Assembly: GCA_041752695.1 (NCBI GenBank)
Contig: JBGSVZ010000058.1
Location: forward strand, 1 to 14,166
DNA length: 14,166 nucleotides
From: Terrimicrobiaceae bacterium
GTDB lineage: Bacteria > Verrucomicrobiota > Verrucomicrobiia > Chthoniobacterales > Terrimicrobiaceae
Direction: 5' to 3'
The notes beneath the pieces were generated by a model, which was not told the origin of the DNA, ran no database searches, and saw only the letters and a program-made list of their open reading frames with translations. Positions 1 through 8,283 of this stretch are shown piece after piece. The position numbers and the translations under genes are program-made. Within the stretch, counting starts at the first letter, position 1; each line of letters starts with the position of its first letter.

Positions 1-139
1 TCTCCGCCTCACCCAGCGCACCGTCAAATTCTTGCGCTGGTTGCGCGCCTCGCTCACCCGCGAGGCTCCCTGGCTCACTCTTATCGCTTCCCTTAGGCAT
101 TCTTATGCTTCCATTTAGCTTCTTCTTTCAACACCGTTG
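1..139 (+). mobile_element. Right end of a probable insertion sequence (IS4-family-like), running off the left window edge and inserted into the M36 protease gene
   Basis: An open frame 2..118 ends in TAG, followed 21 nt later by a candidate terminus ...TTTCAACACCGTTG (CAACGGTGTTGAAAG on the - strand; the 5'-CA start resembles IS4-family ends). At this point the protease loses its Ig-like pattern mid-domain and the sequence becomes more T-rich. The family assignment is from memory of similar C-termini, not a search. Confidence 0.6.
2..118 (+). CDS. C-terminal fragment of a probable transposase (5' partial)
   Basis: Frame 2 reads LRLTQRTVKFLRWLRASLTREAPWLTLIASLRHSYASI*. It is absent from the ORF track because there is no start in the window. 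The TQRxxKFxRWLR...W pattern resembles C-termini of IS4-family transposases as I recall them. Confidence 0.55.
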   Translation, partial: LRLTQRTVKFLRWLRASLTREAPWLTLIASLRHSYASI

Positions 140-3100
140 CCCGGAAGGTAAAGCTGTCAGCCCCCGTGAAGCCGTGCGCGGGTGTGTAGGTGACTGCGCC
201 TGTGGTGGGGTTGAACGCAGAGAGCAAGCCACGCGCAGGGGGCGTGACAAGCTGATAGGTCAGGATGCCTCCCGACGAAGCGGAGCCTGAGAGCGCGAGG
301 CTGGAAGCAGTGTTCGCGTTCACATGAGGTGACATGGCCGTGGCCACCGGCGGGGCGGTATCGGCGAGAATTTCCACGTCGTCGATGTTCCATCCCGACA
401 TCGGCCGCGCGCCGACTTTGAGGATGCGGTAGGTCCAGCGCAGATAGACGGTGGGCTGGTTGTCGGCGATGGCGGAGATGTTGTAATGCTGTTTGCTCCA
501 GGCGTTCTCGAAGATCTCGAATCCATTACCCCACACGCGGGTGTAGGTCGTGCCATTGGTCGAGACCTCGATCGTGAGCTGCACATACGGTGGCGCGTCC
601 GAATTGAGCCAGCGTTGGAATTGCAGCACGCAGTTCGTTTTGCCGGTAAAATTCAGCGGGCCGGAGGTGAGGTGCAAGGTGGCACCGAGTGTGGTGGAGT
701 GATTGCCGCTGAGATTCACGCCGTAGACTTTCGTGCCGGTTGCACCGCTCGTGGGATCAGGGAATCCATAGGCGCCACCGCCACCACCGCCCAGCGGCGT
801 GCCAAAAGCCCAGGCACCGTTCTTGGTCCAGCCCGGATCCGTGTCCATCGGGAAATAGAACACGCGCTGCGCGGGCAGGACATCGAGCGCGATGCTGCGC
901 GGCTGGGTGGCATTGCTGGCGGTGTTGGTAAAGTCGAGCGTGTCGGTGTAGCTGGCGACGGCGAGCGCGTTGGCCAGCGCGTTGATGCTGACGGTTACAA
1001 TCGTAGATGCGCCGACCGCGAGTGATCCCGTTGACGGCGTGACATCGAACCATGTCTGCGTGTGCCCTCCCGTCCAGTCCAGCGTCGTGGTGCCTGTGTT
1101 GGTCAGGGTGTAAGTACGCGAGTGGGGCGTGAAGCTACCGCCCTGTGGACCGTTCGAGGTGAATCCCTCGGTCTCGGCGACATGCAGATCGTCGCCATTG
1201 TCGAAAGCTTCCACGATACCGAATGTCACCGAACTGTCGGGCGACGTGGCGCTAAAGCCCATGCCGCGTTTCGCAAAGCCAGCCCACAGCTCATTGTGAT
1301 TGGTTCCGCCGTTGTTCACCAAGTCCGCCTGGATGATGGCATCGCGGGCCTGCAGAAAGTTTGGCTCCGGCGGGCACAGCTTCATGCCGTCAGTCACGAG
1401 TTGCAGCGCCAGTTCATTGCCGATGGCAAAGCCGTGACGTTTGATCAGATTCGCGCGCACCTCCCACAGCGCCGAACACCAGACTTCGCCGATGTTATGC
1501 ACCTCGCTCGGATTCAACTGCGCGTTGGTGGTGAAGATCGAGCTGCGCGGAATGCTCATGTCCACGGACGTCTGCGCGACCTGCGACAAGGTCAGCGGAT
1601 TTTTGGTCATGTCCGTCGAGTAGGGATAACGACGCGTGCCGAAGTAGTAGCTCTGCGGCAGGCCGCTCATCAGATGCGCCGCATAGGCACCGAAGGCATA
1701 GCAGCCGTTGACGTCATCGTTGGCGCTGCTCAGGAGTGCGAGCGCGTAGAAGTCCGACCAGCCTTCGCCCATTCCGCTGGTTTGCAACGACCCGATGCCC
1801 GTGCCTCCTCCGACCAGCCGGTAGCTCATCCCGTGCGCATATTCGTGCAGAACGATCTCCGCATCCAGCGAACCATCGCGATCCGGCGTGGGGCCGTTCC
1901 AAAGGTACATCTGCATGCGCGGAGGGTAGCCATCGGGCAGCGTGGTCATATTGGCGTTGTTGAAGCCGCTGCCGTCCTGGGCATCCGCCTGCAGCTCATC
2001 GCCCTCGAGACCGCCACGCCCGAAGTTGCTGTTTTGAAAATTCCCCGCCGCTTCATCGAACCCCTGTTGATAAAGGCGATCGTGCATCCAGTTGCACCAG
2101 TAGAAGACCTGCACGGTGGCGGCGTCGCTATACGTGCCCGGCGCTAGCGCGAGATCCTGCGGGAAATCGAACACGCGCTCGGGCGAACCCTGCGGGCGTG
2201 GCAAGTCGGCCCCGTTATCGGAGTTCAGATCGGTGTGCGCAGCCACGTTGTTGCCCCACGTTTCATAAAAGCCATCGGGAATCCAGCCGTCGGGTGAAGC
2301 GGTGGCGTCCAGCGCAACAAGCGTCACAAGGGACCGCTCCACCACGGACGGCTGGGCCGTCTGCGGCGTGCTGTATCCGGGAGAAAGCGGCGACGGGCTA
2401 TCGCTCGTGAATACCCGGAAGCTCGCACTGCTGCTATAAACCGTGAGGCAGCGCCGCACCTGCACAACCCCGGTCTGCGCATCCACGAGGGCGCGGAAGG
2501 TTTCGCCCCGGCTCTTCGGCGTCAGCAGTACATCCCAGCACAAGCGCAGCGACCTGCCGTTCATCGGCAGCCAGATCAGCTTCACCTCGGCCCTGCCCGC
2601 GAGCACCGCAGCGCGGAGCTTCTGCCGCTGATCCACTCCAATCGGCGCGCCTTTCGCAGTGATCTCCGCTTCAGACAGCGTGAGTTCCAGAGACTGAGCC
2701 GCGCAGATCAACGCTTCCGTCCCCGTGATTGCTGGCACCATCGGCCCTTTGGCCTTTGCAGGGTCCGCGATGAATCGGCTCGTGATATTTACAAGCTCGC
2801 CGCGCTTCGTCACATGCACCTGAATCATCGCCTCAAACACGGGAATCCCCGCCACCTGCTGCTCCCACACTGTCGTATGCAGGCCATTGTGTTTCGCCAC
2901 GTAGTCCCGCTTCACCACCGCACCAGTGAGGGCGGTCGCATCGTGACCGAACACATCGCGATACTCATTGAGAAATGCCTTGGTGACACGGTAAGGATCA
3001 CCCGCCGGGATGGCATTCAGCAACGCCTTGGGAATCGTCGAACCATCGCCATTCGGCCCCGTCAGCAAACCCTCTCGCCTCGAGATAAAGCCGGGTCTTC

Positions 3101-3314
3101 CGAGCACCCGATCCAGCTCCACCCTCACGCCGGCCAAGCGGCCTTTCAACCGGCTCGAGCCTCCGGCATAAGCGGGTGCCAGCACAGCCGGCGCGGCGGC
3201 GCGGGTATCGATGTCCGGCGGCGAGTTGTGCTCGTGCTGAAAGCCGAAGGCCTGCCAGGCGGTCAGTAACAAAAGACCAAGCCACGTCGGGCAATAGGTG
3301 GCTGGACGCATCAT
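93..3314 (-). CDS. Secreted M36 (fungalysin-family) zinc metallopeptidase with propeptide and accessory beta-sandwich domains; C-terminally truncated by the IS
   Basis: The true start is probably ATG at 3314 (ATGA overlap with the upstream stop), followed by the signal peptide MMRPATYCPTWLGLLLLTAWQAFG. An FTP-like propeptide follows (NGLHTTVWEQQVAGIPVFEA...). M36 motifs are AGNFQ, HEYAHG (HExxH at 1833..1847), GMGEGWSD, EVHNIGEVW and FAKRGMG. Downstream are a BACON-like domain (YTLTNTG...WFDVTP), a MAM/cleaved-adhesin-like domain (...IEVSTNG...GWNIDDVEI) and a partial Ig/Big_9-like domain (VTYTPAHGFTGADSFTFR). Confidence 0.9.
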   Translation of the reverse strand: MMRPATYCPTWLGLLLLTAWQAFGFQHEHNSPPDIDTRAAAPAVLAPAYAGGSSRLKGRLAGVRVELDRVLGRPGFISRREGLLTGPNGDGSTIPKALLNAIPAGDPYRVTKAFLNEYRDVFGHDATALTGAVVKRDYVAKHNGLHTTVWEQQVAGIPVFEAMIQVHVTKRGELVNITSRFIADPAKAKGPMVPAITGTEALICAAQSLELTLSEAEITAKGAPIGVDQRQKLRAAVLAGRAEVKLIWLPMNGRSLRLCWDVLLTPKSRGETFRALVDAQTGVVQVRRCLTVYSSSASFRVFTSDSPSPLSPGYSTPQTAQPSVVERSLVTLVALDATASPDGWIPDGFYETWGNNVAAHTDLNSDNGADLPRPQGSPERVFDFPQDLALAPGTYSDAATVQVFYWCNWMHDRLYQQGFDEAAGNFQNSNFGRGGLEGDELQADAQDGSGFNNANMTTLPDGYPPRMQMYLWNGPTPDRDGSLDAEIVLHEYAHGMSYRLVGGGTGIGSLQTSGMGEGWSDFYALALLSSANDDVNGCYAFGAYAAHLMSGLPQSYYFGTRRYPYSTDMTKNPLTLSQVAQTSVDMSIPRSSIFTTNAQLNPSEVHNIGEVWCSALWEVRANLIKRHGFAIGNELALQLVTDGMKLCPPEPNFLQARDAIIQADLVNNGGTNHNELWAGFAKRGMGFSATSPDSSVTFGIVEAFDNGDDLHVAETEGFTSNGPQGGSFTPHSRTYTLTNTGTTTLDWTGGHTQTWFDVTPSTGSLAVGASTIVTVSINALANALAVASYTDTLDFTNTASNATQPRSIALDVLPAQRVFYFPMDTDPGWTKNGAWAFGTPLGGGGGGAYGFPDPTSGATGTKVYGVNLSGNHSTTLGATLHLTSGPLNFTGKTNCVLQFQRWLNSDAPPYVQLTIEVSTNGTTYTRVWGNGFEIFENAWSKQHYNISAIADNQPTVYLRWTYRILKVGARPMSGWNIDDVEILADTAPPVATAMSPHVNANTASSLALSGSASSGGILTYQLVTPPARGLLSAFNPTTGAVTYTPAHGFTGADSFTFRATVLKEEAKWKHKNA

Positions 3315-5677
3315 GGTCGGATGAGCCGGAAGAACAGCCTGCCCGCGGGGCTGGGGATGGAAATTTGGTTCTGCGCGCCGTCCGTGGTGATCGACAACTC
3401 GGAGTCCACCCAGCTCGCGGGGTTGAGGTCCGGGCTTTCCTGCAGGATCCAATCTGTGGCAGAGGCCGGCCAAGTCATAGCTAATGATCCGGACGTTCCG
3501 CCGTCGATGCCAAGGATGGGAAGGAAGTTCGCGACGAGCGTGCGGTCTGCGGCGGCCGGAAAAGAATAGCTGCTGCTGACGCTGACGACGGCGCCCCCCT
3601 CGGTCCAGTTGGCGAACTGATAACCGGCGGCGGGCGTTGCCACAACAGTTACGTTTCCTCCCGTGCCATAACCACCGCCGCCTGCGATTGTCCCACCCGG
3701 GGCATAGGAGGCCTCGGTGGTCACGGTGAAGCCTGGTGCGAAATTGGCCAGAAGAGTGCGGTTCGCGTTCGCGGTGATGTCAAGAGTCGTCGTGGTGCCG
3801 ACCGGGATGCCGTCCTCCGTCCAATTGACAAAATAAAAACCCTCATTGGGCATGGCGGTGACGAAAACGACGGTGCCGGAATTGAAGGCGCCATCACCTT
3901 CTGTCGTCCCGCCTGCCGCTGGAGCGGCATTCGTCGAGACAACAAAGACAGGAACCGACGTAAAGTTTGCCACAAACGCATGATCATTGAGGGCTTCGAA
4001 CGTGGCAGGATTGTTCGAACCCGCCGGTGCACCGTCAAGGATCCATGATTCGAAGGCGAAGCCCGTCGCAGGCGTCGCGGTAAGGGTCACGGTTGCGCCA
4101 TTCCCGACTACTCCTCCGCCGGTGACGCTGCCGCCCTCGGTTGGCATGGAGTTTGCCGTAATAGTCCGGTTGGTCGCGACAAAAATTGCCTTGAGCGCAG
4201 TGTGGGTTGTGAGCGCGAAGGTGTAGTTCGCATCGGTGCTCACGACCATCGTGCCCATCCTCCAACTCTCAAAGGCATAGCCGACCGCCGGGCTGGCATT
4301 CGCGGTGACATTTGTCCCATTCGCAAAGGTTCCGCCGCCCGTTGTGGTGCCGCCCGCGACCGGGAACGTGGAAAGGGAAAGTAAAGGGAACGCTGGCTCA
4401 AAGACCGCCGTGAGTGTGGTGCCGTAACAGACGAGGTGATTGAGAACCGGGTTGGTGCTGACGATGTTTGGGGGGCCATTCAGGTCACCGAGGCCAGCTC
4501 CTTGCCTCCAGTGAACAAATCGATAACCGTTCGCCGGCGTGGCGGTGAGTGTGATGGGAGTGCCTCCGTTGTAGCTCTTGCCAGCAAGCCCGGCGGTTCC
4601 CCCCAGAACGACGGTCCCGGACGAAGCGGGCGAGACCACGCCGTTGATGAAGAAGCTATTATAAGGATAGGAAAAATTAGCGACGAGATTGCGGTCCTCG
4701 GTGGAGGGGAATTGGAAGAGGCCACCGCCAACGTAGGGGAGGTTCACCAGGATTCCATTTTCCGTCCAACCGACAAACGAGACACCATCGGCGGCGGAGA
4801 TATCAAGGTCCACGATCTCGCCCGCATTGTAGGTGCCGGCCCCGCCAACGTTGCCATTAACGGCGGGGTTCGCAACAGCGTTGATCACGTAGGGTCCCGT
4901 GTTCGGTCCCGAGAAATTTGCGGTCAGTGCTTTGTTCCCATCGGCGGCAAACGAGTAGGTTGCGTTCGTGCTCACGATGACGCCGGCTTCCGTCCAATTC
5001 AAAAAGGTGCGCCCGCTGGCAGGCGTGGCCGTCACTGTTACATTTGCACCCGGCGCAAACGTGCCGCCACCGGTCACCGAGCCCCCCAAGGACGGAGACC
5101 TTTCCAGAGTGACGCTGACAGGAACGGTCGCCGCATTCAGGACAGAGAATGCGACATCCCCTGTCGTGTTGATGTATCGGTAGTTCCCGGTGATGGCCGG
5201 CACCTGGGCGAAGTGCGTCCCATTGCCCCCGGTGCCAGCACTCCACTGCCAGTTGGGCATTTCATTCTGCACCGCGAAGACCTGAAGCCAGTAGGTTTGC
5301 CCGGCCGTCATGGCAAATCCCGCGGGCAGAGTGAACCTGTAGTTGTAAACACCGGGTGTCCCTGTGGGTGTTTCATCGGCACTGCCAGTGACCTGCCAGG
5401 TGGTGCCGCCCGGGAATGCTGATGTATTGATGCTGATCTCAAAGCTCGCGGGCACGGAGCCAGTCCGAGTGCCCTGCCACTGGATTTCGCGGACGATTTG
5501 ATTGGTCGTAGAACTGAAGCTGTCCCACACGAACTCGTCGAATCCGCTCCCATCCACTCCATAGCGGGCAGACAGCCAGCCGCCCCCCGAAGCGCTCGGC
5601 GACTGACTGGCGATGGTCCCGGCGTGGACTGGGACCGCAAGGAGGAGAACGGCGAGGAAACGAAAGCAAGGATTCAT
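3311..5677 (-). CDS. Secreted 788 aa protein: one unassigned N-terminal beta-rich module, 7 InlB-B/Flg_new-like repeats, C-terminal FFRL domain
   Basis: The signal peptide ends VHA|G. Seven ~70 aa repeats follow the pattern GG.v.G.G....G..vtvtAtP..Gy.F.nW....S....y.F......L.AnF. The C-terminus is TWP...WILQESPDL...W...RLFFRL. There are ATGA overlaps at both ends. Confidence 0.88.
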   Translation of the reverse strand: MNPCFRFLAVLLLAVPVHAGTIASQSPSASGGGWLSARYGVDGSGFDEFVWDSFSSTTNQIVREIQWQGTRTGSVPASFEISINTSAFPGGTTWQVTGSADETPTGTPGVYNYRFTLPAGFAMTAGQTYWLQVFAVQNEMPNWQWSAGTGGNGTHFAQVPAITGNYRYINTTGDVAFSVLNAATVPVSVTLERSPSLGGSVTGGGTFAPGANVTVTATPASGRTFLNWTEAGVIVSTNATYSFAADGNKALTANFSGPNTGPYVINAVANPAVNGNVGGAGTYNAGEIVDLDISAADGVSFVGWTENGILVNLPYVGGGLFQFPSTEDRNLVANFSYPYNSFFINGVVSPASSGTVVLGGTAGLAGKSYNGGTPITLTATPANGYRFVHWRQGAGLGDLNGPPNIVSTNPVLNHLVCYGTTLTAVFEPAFPLLSLSTFPVAGGTTTGGGTFANGTNVTANASPAVGYAFESWRMGTMVVSTDANYTFALTTHTALKAIFVATNRTITANSMPTEGGSVTGGGVVGNGATVTLTATPATGFAFESWILDGAPAGSNNPATFEALNDHAFVANFTSVPVFVVSTNAAPAAGGTTEGDGAFNSGTVVFVTAMPNEGFYFVNWTEDGIPVGTTTTLDITANANRTLLANFAPGFTVTTEASYAPGGTIAGGGGYGTGGNVTVVATPAAGYQFANWTEGGAVVSVSSSYSFPAAADRTLVANFLPILGIDGGTSGSLAMTWPASATDWILQESPDLNPASWVDSELSITTDGAQNQISIPSPAGRLFFRLIRP
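3524..5119 (-). repeat. Seven tandem ~70 aa protein-level repeats (InlB B-repeat/Flg_new_2-like)
   Basis: Recurring F.NWTE (variants FVGWTE, FVHWRQ, FESWRM, FESWIL) and L.ANF/AVF/AIF motifs. The repeats are diverged at DNA level. Confidence 0.8.
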
Positions 5678-8130
5678 GGTTGGGAGAGTCGGAAAAAGCG
5701 ATGCCCAGCGGGATTCGTGACAGGGACCGTGTTTTGGCCTCCGTTGGAAATTACGGGTAGCGCTGAATTCGAAAAACTACCGGTCCGGAGGTCGGGGCTT
5801 TCTTGCAGGACCCAGCCGACGGCGGACGAAGGCCAGGAAAGGAGCATGGTATCCGGCGCCTCGGTGCTAATGTTTACGATGGGCAGGAAGTTTGCCACCA
5901 GGGAGCGGTTTGTGGTTGCGGTGAAGGTGAGGCTGGTGTCGCTGCCAACGACGATCCCGCCTTCGGTCCAGTTCTTGAACTCATATCCCGCCGCGGGTGT
6001 GGCGACCAGCAGGCCGGTGTTTCCGGCAGCAAAACCGCCAGAGCCGCTCACGGTGCCACCGGGCGCGAAAGATGAAGTGGCGGCAACGGTAAATCCAACG
6101 GCAAAGTTCGCCAGCAGACTGCGCGGGGCGAGAAGGCTAAGTGAGTAGCTGGGCGACGTGCTGACGATGTTCCCGCCTTCCGTCCAGTTCAGGAACACAT
6201 AGCCAGTCTTCGGCGTAGCGGTGGCTGTCACCCGAGTTCCGATCACGTAGGTGTTTGCTCCCGTGACTGTGCCCATGGTATTCGATGAGCTGGCCAGCGC
6301 GAGTTGGTAAGCCGGTTGAAAGTTGGCGACCAGCACACGGTTCGCCGTCGCCGCGAACGCCAGTTGTGGGGCTTGGTCCACGATGTTTCCGTCCTCGGTC
6401 CAATTCACAAATGCAAAGCCGGCATTTGGCAGGGCGGCAAGGTTCACGATGGCATCGAGGGCGAAGGTGCCCGCCCCGGCAACCGTCCCACCCAGTGCGG
6501 AGGACGATGTCGCACTGATGGCATGAGTGGTGGGCACATCGGACGAGAGCGTGATCGCGAGATCGCCCGAGCCGCTGTAGTAGCTGTTTCCGACCCGGCG
6601 GTAGTGTGCGTTGTTTCCCCCGGAGCCCGTGGCATGGCCCCAAGTGAGCGGATAGACAAACTGGGAGGCCTCAATCTGAATCCAGTAACTGGTGCCCGCA
6701 GAGGCGAGGAACGATGTCGGCAGCGTCACCGAATAGTCATACATCTGCACACCTCCCGCGAGGCCAGCCGCCGACTCGCTCGCATTTCCGGTGAGGGTGT
6801 ATTTTTTCAGCACGGGATTCGCCAGATCCGGGTAGAAACCATTGGCACTGGAACCGTATATTTTGACAACAAACTCAACGACGGGATTGGCCGCCTGATT
6901 GTTTCCGATATAGCCACCGCGCCAGCGCAGGTGAGAGATCCCGACCGTCGTGGCGGGCGTAAACTTCTCGAACCGATACTCCATCCCGTCCACATTTCCG
7001 TCCGGCGCGAGATACGACGAGAGGAGGATCGAGCCGGAAGGTGTGGCGGGCTGGGAAAAGACAACGCCGAGGTTGGTCGCCGAGGGTGTAAAGTTAGCCA
7101 CCAAGTCACGGTCCGCCGCAGCCGGGAACGTGTAGACTGCACTTGTGCTGACTGGCACGCCGTTTTCCGTCCAGTTGACAAACGAATAGTTTGCCGAAGC
7201 GGCGGCTTCCACTGTGACATCACGGCCATTCACGAAACTTCCGTCTCCGTTGGTCGTGCCGCCCGTGAGCGGCCATGCGGACGTCGCGATGGCCGAGCCC
7301 GCGGAAAAGTTGGCTGTCAAGGTGCGGTTCCCCGCGACGGTGAACGTGTAGCTCGGATTGGCGCTGACGACCGACCCGTTTTCCGTCCAATTTACGAAGG
7401 CGTAGCCCGCGTTTGGCAGGGCTAATAGCGGAGCTGAGGAGTTCTCCGGATAGAGACCCTCGTTGTCGATCGTGCCGCCATTCGGCGGCGACGTCCCGGC
7501 TACGATCGAATAGACCGGTCCGTCGGAGGTCACCATACCGAAGGCCGCATCGCCCGGAGCGACCTGAAAATAGTAGTCCGCCTGACCGGAGATGCGCCGA
7601 AAATGCGAACCGTTGTCCGTGCCCGCCGCCAACCCCCAATACGGAAGCCCATTCACAAACTCCGCCTCGATCTGCACCCAGTAGAGCTTCCCTGCCTGGG
7701 CCTGAAATACCGTCGGCAGCACGAACCGATAGTCAGAGATCGGCACCCCGCCAAAAACTCCAACCGGAGTCTCCCCGACATTGCCCCCCGTATCGTAGGC
7801 AACCAAGGTCGCGGGAGTGGCCGGATATTGGGCGCCAAGATGCGGCTGGGAAAGCCCCGGGGTGGACTCATAAATGGACACCCGGAAATTCACCAGGTCG
7901 CCACCCCAGTAACTCATTTGGGGATCGTATCCGCCCCGCCAGCGGATTTCTGTGATGGCCTGCGCCGTCGGCACACTGAATGAATCCCAAACAAACTGGT
8001 CGTAGTCCGACCCGTTCGGCTGGTAACGCGACGACATCCTCAACGCCCCGGTGTTGTCATGCGGTTGATCAAACACCATCCCGGCATGGGCGGCCATCGC
8101 CGAGAGGATAAGGGCATACAGGGGCTTCAT
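5674..8130 (-). CDS. Secreted 818 aa paralogue: module - 2 repeats - module - 3 repeats - C-terminal FFRL domain
   Basis: The signal peptide is MKPLYALILSAMAAHA|G. There are two copies of a module with RWRGGY and YW(V/I)QIEA motifs, and five NWTE...ANF repeats. The C-terminus is SWP...WVLQESPDL...RFFRL. Confidence 0.88.
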   Translation of the reverse strand: MKPLYALILSAMAAHAGMVFDQPHDNTGALRMSSRYQPNGSDYDQFVWDSFSVPTAQAITEIRWRGGYDPQMSYWGGDLVNFRVSIYESTPGLSQPHLGAQYPATPATLVAYDTGGNVGETPVGVFGGVPISDYRFVLPTVFQAQAGKLYWVQIEAEFVNGLPYWGLAAGTDNGSHFRRISGQADYYFQVAPGDAAFGMVTSDGPVYSIVAGTSPPNGGTIDNEGLYPENSSAPLLALPNAGYAFVNWTENGSVVSANPSYTFTVAGNRTLTANFSAGSAIATSAWPLTGGTTNGDGSFVNGRDVTVEAAASANYSFVNWTENGVPVSTSAVYTFPAAADRDLVANFTPSATNLGVVFSQPATPSGSILLSSYLAPDGNVDGMEYRFEKFTPATTVGISHLRWRGGYIGNNQAANPVVEFVVKIYGSSANGFYPDLANPVLKKYTLTGNASESAAGLAGGVQMYDYSVTLPTSFLASAGTSYWIQIEASQFVYPLTWGHATGSGGNNAHYRRVGNSYYSGSGDLAITLSSDVPTTHAISATSSSALGGTVAGAGTFALDAIVNLAALPNAGFAFVNWTEDGNIVDQAPQLAFAATANRVLVANFQPAYQLALASSSNTMGTVTGANTYVIGTRVTATATPKTGYVFLNWTEGGNIVSTSPSYSLSLLAPRSLLANFAVGFTVAATSSFAPGGTVSGSGGFAAGNTGLLVATPAAGYEFKNWTEGGIVVGSDTSLTFTATTNRSLVANFLPIVNISTEAPDTMLLSWPSSAVGWVLQESPDLRTGSFSNSALPVISNGGQNTVPVTNPAGHRFFRLSQP
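5887..6525 (-). repeat. Three tandem InlB-B/Flg_new-like protein repeats
   Basis: FVNWTED...LVANF, FLNWTEG...LLANF and FKNWTEG...LVANF. Confidence 0.8.
7090..7512 (-). repeat. Two tandem InlB-B/Flg_new-like protein repeats
   Basis: FVNWTEN...LTANF and FVNWTEN...LVANF. Confidence 0.8.
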
Positions 8131-8152
8131 GATCGGCAGGAGTATGCGGAAG

Positions 8153-8220
8153 GCAAATGACAGGGTTCTCTGAGATTTATGACACGCATGTCATCTTCCC
8201 GGCGGAATCCTGTCATTCGC
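8153..8220. promoter_or_regulatory. Divergent-promoter operator: CusR/CopR-type box with symmetric flanking half-sites
   Basis: A perfect palindrome ATGACA-CGCA-TGTCAT lies at 8179..8194 and matches the core of the known CusR box. Extra half-sites ATGACA (8157..8162) and TGTCAT (8211..8216) each lie 22 bp outward, within 16 bp inverted arms that match at 14/16. A candidate -10 CATACT is on the - strand at 8141..8146. Confidence 0.75.
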
Positions 8221-8283
8221 ATGGCCTTTCTTCGCGGCATGTGTCAGACTCTACTGCTTCCTCCTTCCTCCACGGTCCACGAC

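Noticed and set aside
3315..3473. 53 aa N-terminal extension of the 1126 aa ORF
   Set aside because: It overlaps the upstream gene's coding end. The signal peptide and ATGA coupling point to 3314.
1062..7425. Long plus-strand ORFs (1062..2147, 4436..5422, 5498..6148, 6304..7425)
   Set aside because: They are antisense shadows of well-supported GC-rich genes and have no recognisable motifs.
3524..7512. Recurring DNA motif CCGTCCAGTT/TCGGTCCAAT at ~210 bp spacing, considered as a CRISPR or DNA repeat array
   Set aside because: It encodes the NWTE motif of the protein repeats and varies at synonymous positions. No cas genes are present.
8179..8283. 35 aa N-terminal extension of the response regulator
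   Set aside because: Its ATG is part of the operator palindrome, and the receiver domain begins at 8284.
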